Notes: generated by a model from the sequence alone, not told the origin. A DNA stretch of 64,000 nucleotides from an uncultured Oscillospiraceae bacterium (GCA_944387125.1 CALXDT010000105.1:220-64219), one strand, 5' to 3'. Positions 21,648 through 31,303 are shown, counted from the first letter of the stretch. Numbers and translations: made by a program.

Positions 21648-22575
21648 CCAGCGGAAAAAACTGGTGGAGGTTCAGGATCTGACGGTGCAATTCGGCTCCC
21701 GCCGGCATCCCTTCACCGCGGTGGATCACGCCTCCTTCCACATCTATCAGGGGGAGACCTTCGGCCTGGTGGGCGAGTCCGGTTCCGGCAAGACCACCAT
21801 CGGCCGCGCCATCATCCGCATCCATCCCACCGCTTCCGGCAAGGTGCTCTTTGACGGAAAGCAGATCAACGGTCCCATTTCCCGGGAGCTGGATCGGGAA
21901 GTGACCCGGCGGATTCAGATGATTTTCCAGGATCCCATGTCCTCCCTCAACGAGCGGGCCAAGGTGGACTATATTGTCAGCGAAGGGCTGTATGCCCCCG
22001 GCCGGAAGATCTCCGAGGCGCAGCGCCGGGAAATGGTGGACAAGGCGCTGTGCGATGTGGGGCTGCTTCCGGAGTTTGCCAGCCGGTTCCCCCATGAGTT
22101 TTCCGGAGGACAGCGCCAGCGCATCGGCATTGCCCGGGCGCTGATTATGGAGCCGGACTTCATCATTGCCGACGAGCCGATTTCCGCCCTGGACGTGTCC
22201 ATCCGGGCCCAGGTGCTGAACCTGCTGAGCCAGCTGCAAAAGGAGCGGGGGCTGACCTATTTGTTCATCGCCCACGACCTGTCTGTGGTGCGGTTCATCT
22301 GCGACCGGATCGCGGTGATCCACAAGGGGAAGATTGTGGAACTGGCGGAGAGTGAGGAGCTGTTTGCCCATCCCCTGCACCCCTACACCCGGGCGCTGCT
22401 GTCGGCCATTCCCCAGCCGGATCCCATTGCCGAGCGGAACAAGAAGCTGCTGGTCTACGATCCGGCCTGCCACCGCTACAGCGAAACGAACCGCCCCGGC
22501 TGGGAAGAGATCCTGCCCGGCCACTTTGTTCTGGCCAGCCGGGAGGAGCTGGAAGAATACCGCGAGCTTCTGTGA
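21640..22575 (+). CDS. oppF: Oligopeptide ABC ATPase
   Basis: [24 protein letters not shown]. Confidence 0.92.
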   Translation: MPDQRKKLVEVQDLTVQFGSRRHPFTAVDHASFHIYQGETFGLVGESGSGKTTIGRAIIRIHPTASGKVLFDGKQINGPISRELDREVTRRIQMIFQDPMSSLNERAKVDYIVSEGLYAPGRKISEAQRREMVDKALCDVGLLPEFASRFPHEFSGGQRQRIGIARALIMEPDFIIADEPISALDVSIRAQVLNLLSQLQKERGLTYLFIAHDLSVVRFICDRIAVIHKGKIVELAESEELFAHPLHPYTRALLSAIPQPDPIAERNKKLLVYDPACHRYSETNRPGWEEILPGHFVLASREELEEYRELL

Positions 22576-22594
22576 CGTTTTTTGAGGTGCCGTT

Positions 22595-23503
22595 ATGATC
22601 TGTCCAACCCCCCTTTCTCCCGGCGCCAAGGTGGCGCTGCTGGCGCCGGCCTCCCCGGCGGCGGAAACGGCTCTGGCGCCGGCGCTGGCGCTGGTGGAGC
22701 GGCTGGGACTTCAGCCGGTGGTCTATCCCTCCTGTTATGGGGAAACCCGCCGGGGTTATCTGGCAGCCGCGGACGCCCGGCGGGCGGAAGAGCTGCACAG
22801 CGCCTTCTCCGACCGGTCTGTTCAGGGCGTATGGTGCATCCGGGGCGGCTACGGCTGCCACCGGATCCTGCCGCTGCTGGAGGAAACGGTATTCCGGAAT
22901 AACCCCAAGTGGTTCGGCGGTTATTCGGATATCACTGCCCTGCACATCTATTTCAATCAGGTGTGCGGGTTTCAGACCTATCACTGCCCCATGCCCGCGG
23001 CCGAGCCGGAGCCAGACCCCTATACGCTGAATGGGCTGAAAAAAGCGCTGTTTGGAGGGCTTTCCGGGGAGGTTTCCAACCCGGCGGATCAGCCCTGGCA
23101 GGTGCTTGCTCCGGGATATGCCCGGGGTCCGCTCTGCGGGGGGAACCTGTCTCTGGCGGCGGCCTCCCTGGGCACCCCCTGGGAGATCGACACCCGGGGC
23201 AAGATCCTGTTTTTGGAGGACGTCGGGGAGAAGACCTACCGGATCGACGCCATGCTCACCCAGCTGCGCAACGCCGGGAAATTCCGTCAGTGCGCCGGGG
23301 TGCTGCTGGGAGGCTGGACAAACTGCCAGCCGGAGGATCCCGGAAAGAGCCTGAGCCTCCGGCAGATTTTTACGGAATTGATCCTTCCGGCGGGAAAGCC
23401 GGTAATGATGGATCTGGCCTGCGGCCACTGCACAACCACCCTGTCCCTGCCTATGGGCGGCGTCTGCGCCATGGGCAGCGGAACCATCACCCTGGAGGCA
23501 TGA
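22595..23503 (+). CDS. S66 LD-carboxypeptidase (LdcA/YkfA-like)
   Basis: RGGYG, GYSDIT (Ser), GGNLS, LEDVGE (Glu), CGH (His). Confidence 0.92.
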   Translation: MICPTPLSPGAKVALLAPASPAAETALAPALALVERLGLQPVVYPSCYGETRRGYLAAADARRAEELHSAFSDRSVQGVWCIRGGYGCHRILPLLEETVFRNNPKWFGGYSDITALHIYFNQVCGFQTYHCPMPAAEPEPDPYTLNGLKKALFGGLSGEVSNPADQPWQVLAPGYARGPLCGGNLSLAAASLGTPWEIDTRGKILFLEDVGEKTYRIDAMLTQLRNAGKFRQCAGVLLGGWTNCQPEDPGKSLSLRQIFTELILPAGKPVMMDLACGHCTTTLSLPMGGVCAMGSGTITLEA

Positions 23504-23506
23504 GCT

Positions 23507-24313
23507 ATGGATTCTTTTCTGCAAACCCGCCTGCGGGAACAAATGGAGGCCTTTCCCGCCAAATCCGCTCTGTACTGCGTGGATCTGCGCACCGGGGCGG
23601 AGCTGGCCGCCCTGGGGCAGGATATCCAGGTGATCTCCGCCTCGACCATCAAGCTGGCCATATTGCTCTATGCGCTGGATCGGGTGGGAGCGGGGGAGCT
23701 GTCCATGGAGCAGTTTGTACCCATCGAATCCCAGGACTACTGCGGAGACACCCAGGTGTTTGAAGCGGAGTACCGCCGGGACGGAGCCGGCCTGCGGGAG
23801 ATGCTCCACTGGATGATGGCCTTAAGCGACAACACCGCCACCAATGCCCTGATCACTCTGCTGGGCTTTGAGGCGATCAATGGCTACATTGCCGCCCTGG
23901 GGCTGAAATCCACCGCTTTGCAGCGGAAAATGCTGGACTTTCAGGCCGTTTCCTGGGGAAGGAACAACTACACCTCCCTGGAGGATCAGTACCGGATGTA
24001 TGAAGGACTGTACCGGGGAACGCTGCTGCCCCGGGAGCTGGGGCAATGGGCGCTGGATCTGCTGGGACGGTGCCGCAGCTTCAGCAGCCTGCAGCGGTAT
24101 CTGCCGGATCCGGTGCCGGTGCTGCACAAACCCGGGGAACTGGATCATCTGAGCCACGACGCGGGGATCGTCCTGCTGCCAAACCGCCCCTATTTCCTGG
24201 GGGTCTTTACCTGGGACGGCCCTGCACTGGACGGGCAGCCCCAGCAGAAGCGGCTCATCGGCCGCCTGTCCCGGATGGTATACGACTATATGAAAGAAGG
24301 AACATTGGAATGA
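23507..24313 (+). CDS. Cytoplasmic serine hydrolase of class A beta-lactamase fold
   Basis: ASTIK (SxxK), SDN, HKPG; no signal peptide. Confidence 0.85.
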   Translation: MDSFLQTRLREQMEAFPAKSALYCVDLRTGAELAALGQDIQVISASTIKLAILLYALDRVGAGELSMEQFVPIESQDYCGDTQVFEAEYRRDGAGLREMLHWMMALSDNTATNALITLLGFEAINGYIAALGLKSTALQRKMLDFQAVSWGRNNYTSLEDQYRMYEGLYRGTLLPRELGQWALDLLGRCRSFSSLQRYLPDPVPVLHKPGELDHLSHDAGIVLLPNRPYFLGVFTWDGPALDGQPQQKRLIGRLSRMVYDYMKEGTLE

Positions 24314-25161
24314 ACGCCATTGTCATTGCGCCCATCTGTCCACTGCATGCCGAACCCAGCCGGGAAAGCACCCTGCTGGACGAGGCGCTGTGCGGCATGG
24401 TGGTGGAGATTTTGGACGAGTCCGCCCCCGGCTGGTATCGGGTGCGCACCCACTACCGGTATGAGGGGATGGTTCCCGGCAGCTGCCTGGTGATCGGGGA
24501 CGATCTGGTGAACATCTGGCAATCCCAGCCCAAGCAGGTGGTGCTCCATAAGAATTTCTGTGATGTGCTCTCCCAGCCCAGGGTTCAGGGCAGCCGCCTG
24601 GCTACGCTGCCCCGGGGGGCATTGGTGTCTCCCGTGGGGCAGCCGGACAAGGGCTGGCAGCTGGTGCGCCTGGCCGACGGCCGGCTGGGCTATGTGCCCG
24701 CGGGGATTTTGGGCGCCTATCACACCCAGCCCCTTTCCCGGGAGGAAGGGGTTTTGCGGAAAGCGCTGACCGACGCGGCCATGCTGTACCGGGGCACCCA
24801 CTACCGCTGGGGGGGAAAATCTCCCCAGGGCATCGACTGCTCCGGCCTGGTGTCTATGGCTTATCTGCTCTGCGGCATTGTGATCTACCGGGATGCGGAC
24901 ATTCGGGAAGGGTTTCCCATCCATGAGATTCCCCGGGAGCAGCTTCAGCCGGGGGATCTGATCTTCCTGCCCGGCCATGTGATGATGTACCTGGGAGAAA
25001 ACCGCTACTGCCACAGCACCGGCCGTGCCGGGGACGACGGCTTTGCGGTAAACAGCTTTGACCCCGGCGCGCCGGACTACCGGGAAGACCTGAAGCTGGA
25101 GGAAGCCCGGGCAGGCTCTTACTTTTCCTATGAAAGCTCCGCATTCATAGGAAAACTTTAA
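24310..25161 (+). CDS. SH3b + NlpC/P60 gamma-D-Glu-diamino-acid endopeptidase (YkfC-like)
   Basis: YRWGG, GIDCSG, GHV, CHS; SH3-like N-terminus. Confidence 0.88.
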   Translation: MNAIVIAPICPLHAEPSRESTLLDEALCGMVVEILDESAPGWYRVRTHYRYEGMVPGSCLVIGDDLVNIWQSQPKQVVLHKNFCDVLSQPRVQGSRLATLPRGALVSPVGQPDKGWQLVRLADGRLGYVPAGILGAYHTQPLSREEGVLRKALTDAAMLYRGTHYRWGGKSPQGIDCSGLVSMAYLLCGIVIYRDADIREGFPIHEIPREQLQPGDLIFLPGHVMMYLGENRYCHSTGRAGDDGFAVNSFDPGAPDYREDLKLEEARAGSYFSYESSAFIGKL

Positions 25162-25293
25162 ACAAATGCCGCATCTCGCCCCTTACGGGGCAACCGATGC
25201 GGATGCATATCAATCCCCATGCACGTACTGCTTTCTTGGTTCGTGGCGTGATCGTATCCCATGGGGATTTAACCAGGAAACGGAGAAAGCCAT

Positions 25294-26100
25294 ATGAAAG
25301 TATATTTAAGCGCGGATATGGAAGGCACCTGCGGCATTGCCGCCTGGCCGGAGACCGAGCGTGCCGCGGCCATGGACTACACGCCGTATCAGAAGCAGAT
25401 GACCCGGGAAGTGGCGGCGGCTTGCCGGGGAGCGTTGGCCGCCGGCGCCCGGGAGGTGCTGGTGAAGGACGCCCACGACAGCGCCCGGAACATCGACCCC
25501 CGGGAGCTGCCCCGGAACACCCGGATGTTCCGGAATTGGGCGGGAGATCCCTTGAGCATGATGACGGGGCTGGATCAGGAGGCGTTTGACGCGGTGTTCT
25601 TCACCGGATATCATGCCTGGGCAGCCTGCTCCGGGAACCCTCTGAGCCACACCATGAATCTGCGGAACAACCGGGTGACGCTGAACGGCCGGCCCTGCAG
25701 CGAATTCCGCATCAACGCCTATACCGCCGGATACTTCGGCGTGCCGGTGGCGCTGGTGACGGGAGACGAAGACCTGTGCCGCAGCGCCCAGGCGCTGATT
25801 CCCGCCGTTACCACCGTGCCGGTGAACCGGGGGCGGGGCGGCGGCGTCTGTTCCATCCACCCGGACGCGGCGGTGGAGCGGATCGAGGCCGCAGCCAGGG
25901 AGGCGCTTTCTAAGGCCGGGGACTGCCGGGTGCCCATGCCGGAGCATTTCCGCATGGAGATCGAGTTTATCAAGCATGCCGAGGCCTATTCCAAGAGCTT
26001 CTACCCCGGAGCGGCTCTGGCGGACAGCAAGACCGTGGCCTTTGACAGCGGCTGCTGGTATGAGGTGCTCCGGTTCTGCCACTTTGTGCTCAGCGGCTGA
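25294..26100 (+). CDS. dppA: M55 D-aminopeptidase (B. subtilis DppA-like)
   Basis: SADMEG, DAHDS, GYHA, LSHT, VTGD. Confidence 0.9.
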   Translation: MKVYLSADMEGTCGIAAWPETERAAAMDYTPYQKQMTREVAAACRGALAAGAREVLVKDAHDSARNIDPRELPRNTRMFRNWAGDPLSMMTGLDQEAFDAVFFTGYHAWAACSGNPLSHTMNLRNNRVTLNGRPCSEFRINAYTAGYFGVPVALVTGDEDLCRSAQALIPAVTTVPVNRGRGGGVCSIHPDAAVERIEAAAREALSKAGDCRVPMPEHFRMEIEFIKHAEAYSKSFYPGAALADSKTVAFDSGCWYEVLRFCHFVLSG

Positions 26101-26143
26101 TTTCACCATCCCCGCCGCTGCGGTAATTATCAGGAGAGAAACG

Positions 26144-26869
26144 ATGCCCTATTTGTATGAAACCCACTGCCACTGCGCGCAGTGCAGCCGGTGCGCCCAT
26201 TCTGATTCCCGGGAGATGGTTCGCGCCTACCGGAAAGCCGGGTATGCCGGCCTGGTGCTGACGGATCACTTTATTTTCGGCAACACCGCGGTGAGCCGCA
26301 GCCTGCCCTGGGCAGACCGGATGCACAGGTACTACGACGCGTATCTGGAGGCTCGGGAGGAAGGGGAGAAGCTGGATTTTGACGTGATCTTCGGCTTTGA
26401 GCACTACTACGGCAGCGGCAAGGAGATGCTGGTGTACGGTGTGGGACTGGATTTCCTGCTGGCGCACCCGGAGATCCAAAGGATTCCCCTGGAGGAATTC
26501 GCGGCTCTGGTGCGGAGCGCCGGAGGACTGCTGATCCATGCCCATCCCTACCGGGATCGGTACTACATCGATCTGTCTGTGCAGCCCCGGATCGACCTGG
26601 TGGACGGCATTGAGGTATACAACGCCTGCAGCGCCCCGGGAGAGGATGTCCAGGCGCTGCGGCTCAGCCGGGAGCACCCGGCGTTCATCCTCACCAGCGG
26701 CGGCGACATTCACGACGCTTCGGATCCCCGGATCGGCAGCGGGGGGATTCTGCTGCCCCATCGGGTGCGCAATGAACGGGAGTTTGTCCAGGCTCTGCGG
26801 CAGAAGCGGTATCCCTGGATGGTTCACGGCCGCCTGCTGACGCAGATCCGGGAAGCGGATCTGCTATGA
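26144..26869 (+). CDS. PHP-domain metallophosphoesterase
   Basis: ETHCH, TDH, HAHP, EVYN, GGDIH. Confidence 0.85.
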   Translation: MPYLYETHCHCAQCSRCAHSDSREMVRAYRKAGYAGLVLTDHFIFGNTAVSRSLPWADRMHRYYDAYLEAREEGEKLDFDVIFGFEHYYGSGKEMLVYGVGLDFLLAHPEIQRIPLEEFAALVRSAGGLLIHAHPYRDRYYIDLSVQPRIDLVDGIEVYNACSAPGEDVQALRLSREHPAFILTSGGDIHDASDPRIGSGGILLPHRVRNEREFVQALRQKRYPWMVHGRLLTQIREADLL

Positions 26870-26882
26870 CCGGAGGACTGCC

Positions 26883-27593
26883 ATGAAACGAACCGGCCTT
26901 TCGCAGGAGGCGCTGAAGGGCATTGCCTGCCTGACCATGCTGATCGACCACATGGGGGCGGTGCTGTTCCCTTCGGTGATGGTGCTGCGGGTCATCGGGC
27001 GGACAGCCTTCCCCATCTACTGCTTTTTGCTGGCGGAAGGGGTCTGCCGCACCCGCAGTCCGAAAAAGTATGCCCTGCGGCTGGGGATCGGGGCACTGCT
27101 GTCTGAGATTCCCTTTGACCTTGCGCTGTTCGGCGGGATTACCCTTCGCCATCAGAGCGTTATGGTGACGCTGCTGCTGGGCTTTCTGGCGCTGGAAGCC
27201 ATCCGGGCCCTGGAAGGGAAGGGAAGAACCGGCCTGTCCCTGGCGGGGCAGGCTCTGGCGCTCTGGGGAGCCGTTGCCGCCGCCGACTGGCTCAGCACCG
27301 ACTACGGCGGGGCGGGGGTTCTGCTCATTGCCCTGTTCTATTTTACCCGGGAGCTGCCCCGGAAGCGGCTGATCCAGGCCCTGGGTCTGACAGCGTGGGT
27401 GTACGTGTTCTTTCCGGGCAGAATCACCCTGCTGGGACTGTCTTTCCCCATTGAGCTGCCGGCTCTGGGAGCCATGCTCCCCCTCTGCTTCTATTCCGGC
27501 AGGAAAGCCACTGGCAGCAAGGTGGTTCAGTGGGGATTCTACCTGTTCTACCCGGTGCACCTGATGGTGCTGTATCTGATACAAGCGGCATAA
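26883..27593 (+). CDS. TraX-family membrane protein (putative acyltransferase)
   Basis: LKGIA..TMLIDH, GRTAFPIY..AEG, DYG..G, FYLFYPVHL. Confidence 0.88.
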   Translation: MKRTGLSQEALKGIACLTMLIDHMGAVLFPSVMVLRVIGRTAFPIYCFLLAEGVCRTRSPKKYALRLGIGALLSEIPFDLALFGGITLRHQSVMVTLLLGFLALEAIRALEGKGRTGLSLAGQALALWGAVAAADWLSTDYGGAGVLLIALFYFTRELPRKRLIQALGLTAWVYVFFPGRITLLGLSFPIELPALGAMLPLCFYSGRKATGSKVVQWGFYLFYPVHLMVLYLIQAA

Positions 27594-27650
27594 GCGGCTG
27601 CCCGGCCTTTGCGCCGGGCAGTTGTTTTTTTGGAAGAATCGTGGTAAACT
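27594..27650 (+). terminator. Terminator overlapping a SigA promoter for DUF2156-GNAT
   Basis: CTGCCCGGC/GCCGGGCAG plus T-run; TTGTTT-17-TAAACT. Confidence 0.6.
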
Positions 27651-27671
27651 GTCATAGAAGGATGTGAAACC

Positions 27672-28592
27672 ATGATTGATTTTCAACCGCTGAGATTATC
27701 TCACAAAGCGCCTTATGAACAGATTCTCTTCGCCGGCCCCACCCGGGGGTGCGAATCCTCCTTTGCCAACCGTCTGCTCTGGGGCCGTCAGCAGGTGGCG
27801 TTTATCCGGGACTGCGTGGTATTTTTCTCCCACTTTAACGGAAGAACTCTCTACCCCTATCCCCTTGGTTCGGGAGACCGCCGGGCTGTGATTCAGGCGC
27901 TGCTGGAGGATGCCCGGGAGCGGGGGATTCCCTGCCGGATTACCAATCTGCTGGACGCGGATCGGGCGGAGCTGGAGGCGTGGTTCCCGGGAAAATTTGC
28001 CTTCCGGGCTGACCGGGACGGATTCGACTATGTCTACGCCATTGACGATCTGGCGGATCTGACGGGGCGCAGGTATCAGAAAAAGCGCAACCACTGCCAC
28101 CGGTTCTATACCATGCACCCGGATGCCCGGGCATTGCCGCTGGAAGGGGAACTGCTGGATCAGGCCAGGGAAATGGCGCGGCGCTGGTACAGCCGCCGGC
28201 TCCAGGCGGATCCCCACCAGGACTTTATGCTGGAGACGGTGGCGCTGGAAAAAGCCTTCCGGTATTTCCGGGAGCTGGAGATGGAAGGGCTGGCGCTGGT
28301 GGAGCAGGGACAGGTTCTGGCCATGACCATGGGCTCCCGGCTGTCCCGGGACACCTTTGACATTCACTTTGAAAAGGCCGACGAGCAGGCGCCGGAGGCC
28401 TATGCGGCCATTAACCAGGCCTTCGCCCGGTATCTTCGGGAAAAGCATCCGGAGGTTCGCTTTCTGGATCGGGAGGAGGATATGGGTCTGGAGGGACTGC
28501 GCAAGGCCAAGCTGTCCTACCACCCGGCTTTCCTGGTGGAAAAGGGCTGGGTCTGCTGTTCGGAGGATATTCATGGAGATTGTAAACCCTGA
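27672..28592 (+). CDS. Stand-alone DUF2156 (aminoacyl-PG synthase C-terminal-like) protein
   Basis: SFAN..LW, DYVY...LA.L.G.RYQKKRNH, IHFEKA, REEDMGLEGLRKAKLSYHP. Confidence 0.88.
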   Translation: MIDFQPLRLSHKAPYEQILFAGPTRGCESSFANRLLWGRQQVAFIRDCVVFFSHFNGRTLYPYPLGSGDRRAVIQALLEDARERGIPCRITNLLDADRAELEAWFPGKFAFRADRDGFDYVYAIDDLADLTGRRYQKKRNHCHRFYTMHPDARALPLEGELLDQAREMARRWYSRRLQADPHQDFMLETVALEKAFRYFRELEMEGLALVEQGQVLAMTMGSRLSRDTFDIHFEKADEQAPEAYAAINQAFARYLREKHPEVRFLDREEDMGLEGLRKAKLSYHPAFLVEKGWVCCSEDIHGDCKP

Positions 28593-29328
28593 GAATGCCC
28601 ATGTACCCCAGCTGATGGAGCTGTGGCAGCTGGCCTTTGGCGACGGGGAGGACTTTGTGCGGGGCTTTTTTCAAACCGGCTTTGATCCTCGCCGGTGCCG
28701 GTGCCTGGTGGCAGAGGGGAAGGTGCGTGCCGGGCTGTACTGGTTTCCCTGCGCCTGCCGGGGGCGGCGGCTCGCCTATCTGTATGCGGTGGCCACCCAC
28801 CCGGACTGCCGCCGCCGGGGATTGTGCCGTCTTTTGATGGAAGACGCCCGGCAGCAGCTGGGGCTTTTGGGGTATGCCGGGATTTTGCTGATGCCCGCGG
28901 GGGAGACCCAGCGGCGGATGTACGCCGCCATGGGCTACAAGACCTGCACCGGTGTCTCGGAGACGGCTTGGCAGGCCGGGAAGCCGCTGCCCTTGCGGAA
29001 GCTCCGGCCGGAGGAATATGCCGCCCTTCGCCGGGAGTATCTGCCCCAGGGCGGGGTGATTCAGGAGGGCGCTGCCCTTGCTTATCTGCACACCTTCGCG
29101 TCCTTTTATGCCGGAGAGGATTTTCTTCTGGCGGCGGCGCCCCGGGGGGAGATGCTCTGGGGCATGGAGCTGCTGGGGCGGCAGGAGGCCGCGCCGGGGA
29201 TCCTGGGGGCGCTGGGGTATGAAAAAGGGATCTTCCGCACCCCCGGCGAAAAGATCCCCTTTGCGATGTATTTGCCATTGATTCCCGGAGCCGTGCCGCC
29301 GGATTACTTCGGCCTGGCGTTGGATTAA
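28573..29328 (+). CDS. GNAT acetyltransferase (Eis-like N-terminus)
   Basis: LWQLAFGD, YLYAVATHPDCRRRGL (motif A), YAAMGY. Confidence 0.85.
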   Translation: MEIVNPENAHVPQLMELWQLAFGDGEDFVRGFFQTGFDPRRCRCLVAEGKVRAGLYWFPCACRGRRLAYLYAVATHPDCRRRGLCRLLMEDARQQLGLLGYAGILLMPAGETQRRMYAAMGYKTCTGVSETAWQAGKPLPLRKLRPEEYAALRREYLPQGGVIQEGAALAYLHTFASFYAGEDFLLAAAPRGEMLWGMELLGRQEAAPGILGALGYEKGIFRTPGEKIPFAMYLPLIPGAVPPDYFGLALD

Positions 29329-30017
29329 AGCCGCTGGAGCACCAGGGCGATCCCGCCGATCACCGCCAGATGTGCCGGATAATACCAATAGAACAGCCTG
29401 CCAATGGAGCGCCTGCCCCGACGGCCGTTGTACAGCCACAGCAGCGGCAGGGCGGCCAGGGCAAACCACTGGATGCCGCCGTAGGAAAGCGCCAGCATCA
29501 CCAGAACCAATGCCAGCAGCCCAAGCTGCTGGCTTTTTGTTTTCCCGAAATACACCGCCGCCGGCAGCAGCACCCCCCAAAGGCCGTAGTCGATGGCAAA
29601 GTCTGTGCCCCGGAGGATCCGGGGGAGGCCGAAGCATAAAAACCCGATCACCAGCAGGACGGCGGCGGTCAGAACCCGGGCGTGCCGGGGGTGTTCCGCC
29701 GCGCAGATCAGGCAGATGGACAATGTGAAGGTGACGAGAATGCTCTGATACAGCGACCCCAGCGCCAGAAAATAGACCACCTGGCAAAGCAGGGCCAGGG
29801 CGGCAATGCGCAGCAGATAGCGCCGCCGATCTCTGGTATGGCGGCAGCCTTCGGCGATCATGTAGCCGTAGATGGGCAGCGCCAGCCGCCCCAGGATCCG
29901 CAGCAACGGCACCTGGGGCAGCAGCTGCAAGCCCACATGATCCAAGGTCATGGAAACCATTGCCAGAATTTTCAATTGGTTGCCGGTCAGCCCCTGACGC
30001 TGCTGCAAAACCGCCAT
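29325..30017 (-). CDS. Second TraX-family membrane protein
   Basis: LKILA..SMTLDH, GRLALPIY..AEG, DYG..G, YNGRRG, FYWYYPAHL. Confidence 0.88.
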   Translation of the reverse strand: MAVLQQRQGLTGNQLKILAMVSMTLDHVGLQLLPQVPLLRILGRLALPIYGYMIAEGCRHTRDRRRYLLRIAALALLCQVVYFLALGSLYQSILVTFTLSICLICAAEHPRHARVLTAAVLLVIGFLCFGLPRILRGTDFAIDYGLWGVLLPAAVYFGKTKSQQLGLLALVLVMLALSYGGIQWFALAALPLLWLYNGRRGRRSIGRLFYWYYPAHLAVIGGIALVLQRL

Positions 30018-30105
30018 AGGATCCCTCCTTTTTGGGCATATCTTATCATCCGGAGCCGGAGCTTGTCAACTGCTCCCGAACAGCAAAAAATCCCCCTTTG
30101 GGGAC

Positions 30106-30159
30106 AAAAAAAGAAGTGACCCTTGACGGTAAATGCATCCTTCCGTCAAGGGTCACTTC
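30106..30159 (-). terminator. Strong orphan intrinsic terminator
   Basis: 17-bp stem GAAGTGACCCTTGACGG/CCGTCAAGGGTCACTTC plus T7 on the minus strand; no annotated gene upstream. Confidence 0.85.
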
Positions 30160-30630
30160 ATTGAATTCTTGGGCTCTATCATCAATGGTTACCTCGCTTT
30201 CTATTGGATCAGATTCCGCTTTTTTCCATTGACAAAAATTGAATCACTTCCGGGTATTGATTTTTTTGAAAAAAATGATATATAACGGAAGAGATAAAGC
30301 GGCAATCTGTTTGGCTCCTGATATTCTTTAAGGAGCCGAGGCTTACTGGATCATTGGTATCACCTCTTTGTGTCTATAGGATACCATGGGGCGCTGAAAA
30401 ATGCAAGATGCAATGTTGTATAAAATTTTAAAACGCAAATTTAGCAATTGGTAGAAAAAGGGGGAGTTTTTGGAATTTTTCTTGACAATTTCGGAGGGGA
30501 TGTGCTATTGTAAATATGTTGGGGCAAATGCGCCCCGTCCATGGAAAGCGCAAAGCCGATGGGCTTTGTCAATTGGTAACATTGACATTCCAAAGGGAAA
30601 ATTTACCAAGGAAATCGGCGTTTCCACGCC

Positions 30631-30660
30631 TTGACGGAAGTTCCCGGGAAATGGTATAAT
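30631..30660 (+). promoter_or_regulatory. SigA promoter of pur operon
   Basis: TTGACG-18-TATAAT with extended TG. Confidence 0.8.
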
Positions 30661-30678
30661 GATGCAGGACACCAGAAA

Positions 30679-30751
30679 CCCTTATGACTGACGGATCAGT
30701 GGAGCACCACATGGAGTAAGGGCATATTGTTTTTTGCCGGCCGTCTGGGCA
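30679..30751 (+). ncRNA. ZMP/ZTP (pfl) riboswitch
   Basis: CCCTTA-TGACTGACGGA, GTGG..CCAC, GGAGTAAGGG, linker, GCCGGCCGTCTGGGCA; GACGG/CCGTC pseudoknot; upstream of purE. Confidence 0.92.
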
Positions 30752-30790
30752 CACTTCCCAAGAAAGGGTAAGTGCGCCCTTTTTGTTTTT
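30747..30790 (+). terminator. Riboswitch-controlled terminator
   Basis: GGGCACACTT...AAGTGCGCCC plus T-run, overlapping aptamer P3. Confidence 0.85.
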
Positions 30791-30808
30791 CTAAAAGGAG
30801 GAACACGC

Positions 30809-31303
30809 ATGAAAAAAGTTGGTATCGTCATGGGCAGTGACAGCGATCTGCCCATCCTGCGCAAGGCCATGGACACCCTGGCCTCCTTGGACATTCCCTA
30901 CGAATGCCATATCTATTCCGCACACCGCACCCCGGAGGAGGCCCGCAGCTTCGCCGCATCTGCCCGGAAGAACGGCTTTGGCGTCATCATTGCAGCCGCC
31001 GGCATGGCTGCCCATCTGGCCGGCGCCATTGCAGCCAATACGACCCTTCCTGTCATTGGCATTCCCTGTAAATCTACCTGTCTCGACGGCATGGACGCGC
31101 TCCTGTCTACGGTGATGATGCCCTCCGGTATCCCGGTGGCCACTGTAGCCATTAACGGAGGCGTCAATGCCGCTTTGTTGTCTGCGCAGATTCTCTCTGT
31201 GGAGGATCCGGATCTGGCGAAAAGGCTGGAGGAAAAGCGTGCCGCGGACGCGGCAAAGGTGCTGCAAAAGGACGCTGCCCTGCAGACAGAGCTGACCGTC
31301 TGA
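30809..31303 (+). CDS. purE: N5-CAIR mutase
   Basis: [33 protein letters not shown]. Confidence 0.97.
   Translation: MKKVGIVMGSDSDLPILRKAMDTLASLDIPYECHIYSAHRTPEEARSFAASARKNGFGVIIAAAGMAAHLAGAIAANTTLPVIGIPCKSTCLDGMDALLSTVMMPSGIPVATVAINGGVNAALLSAQILSVEDPDLAKRLEEKRAADAAKVLQKDAALQTELTV

Noticed and set aside
23507-24313. Beta-lactam resistance gene
   Set aside because: No signal peptide, no evident Glu166 motif, and embedded among peptide-recycling genes.
26883-30017. Conjugative element suggested by TraX names
   Set aside because: No relaxase, T4SS or integrase; composition is host-like.
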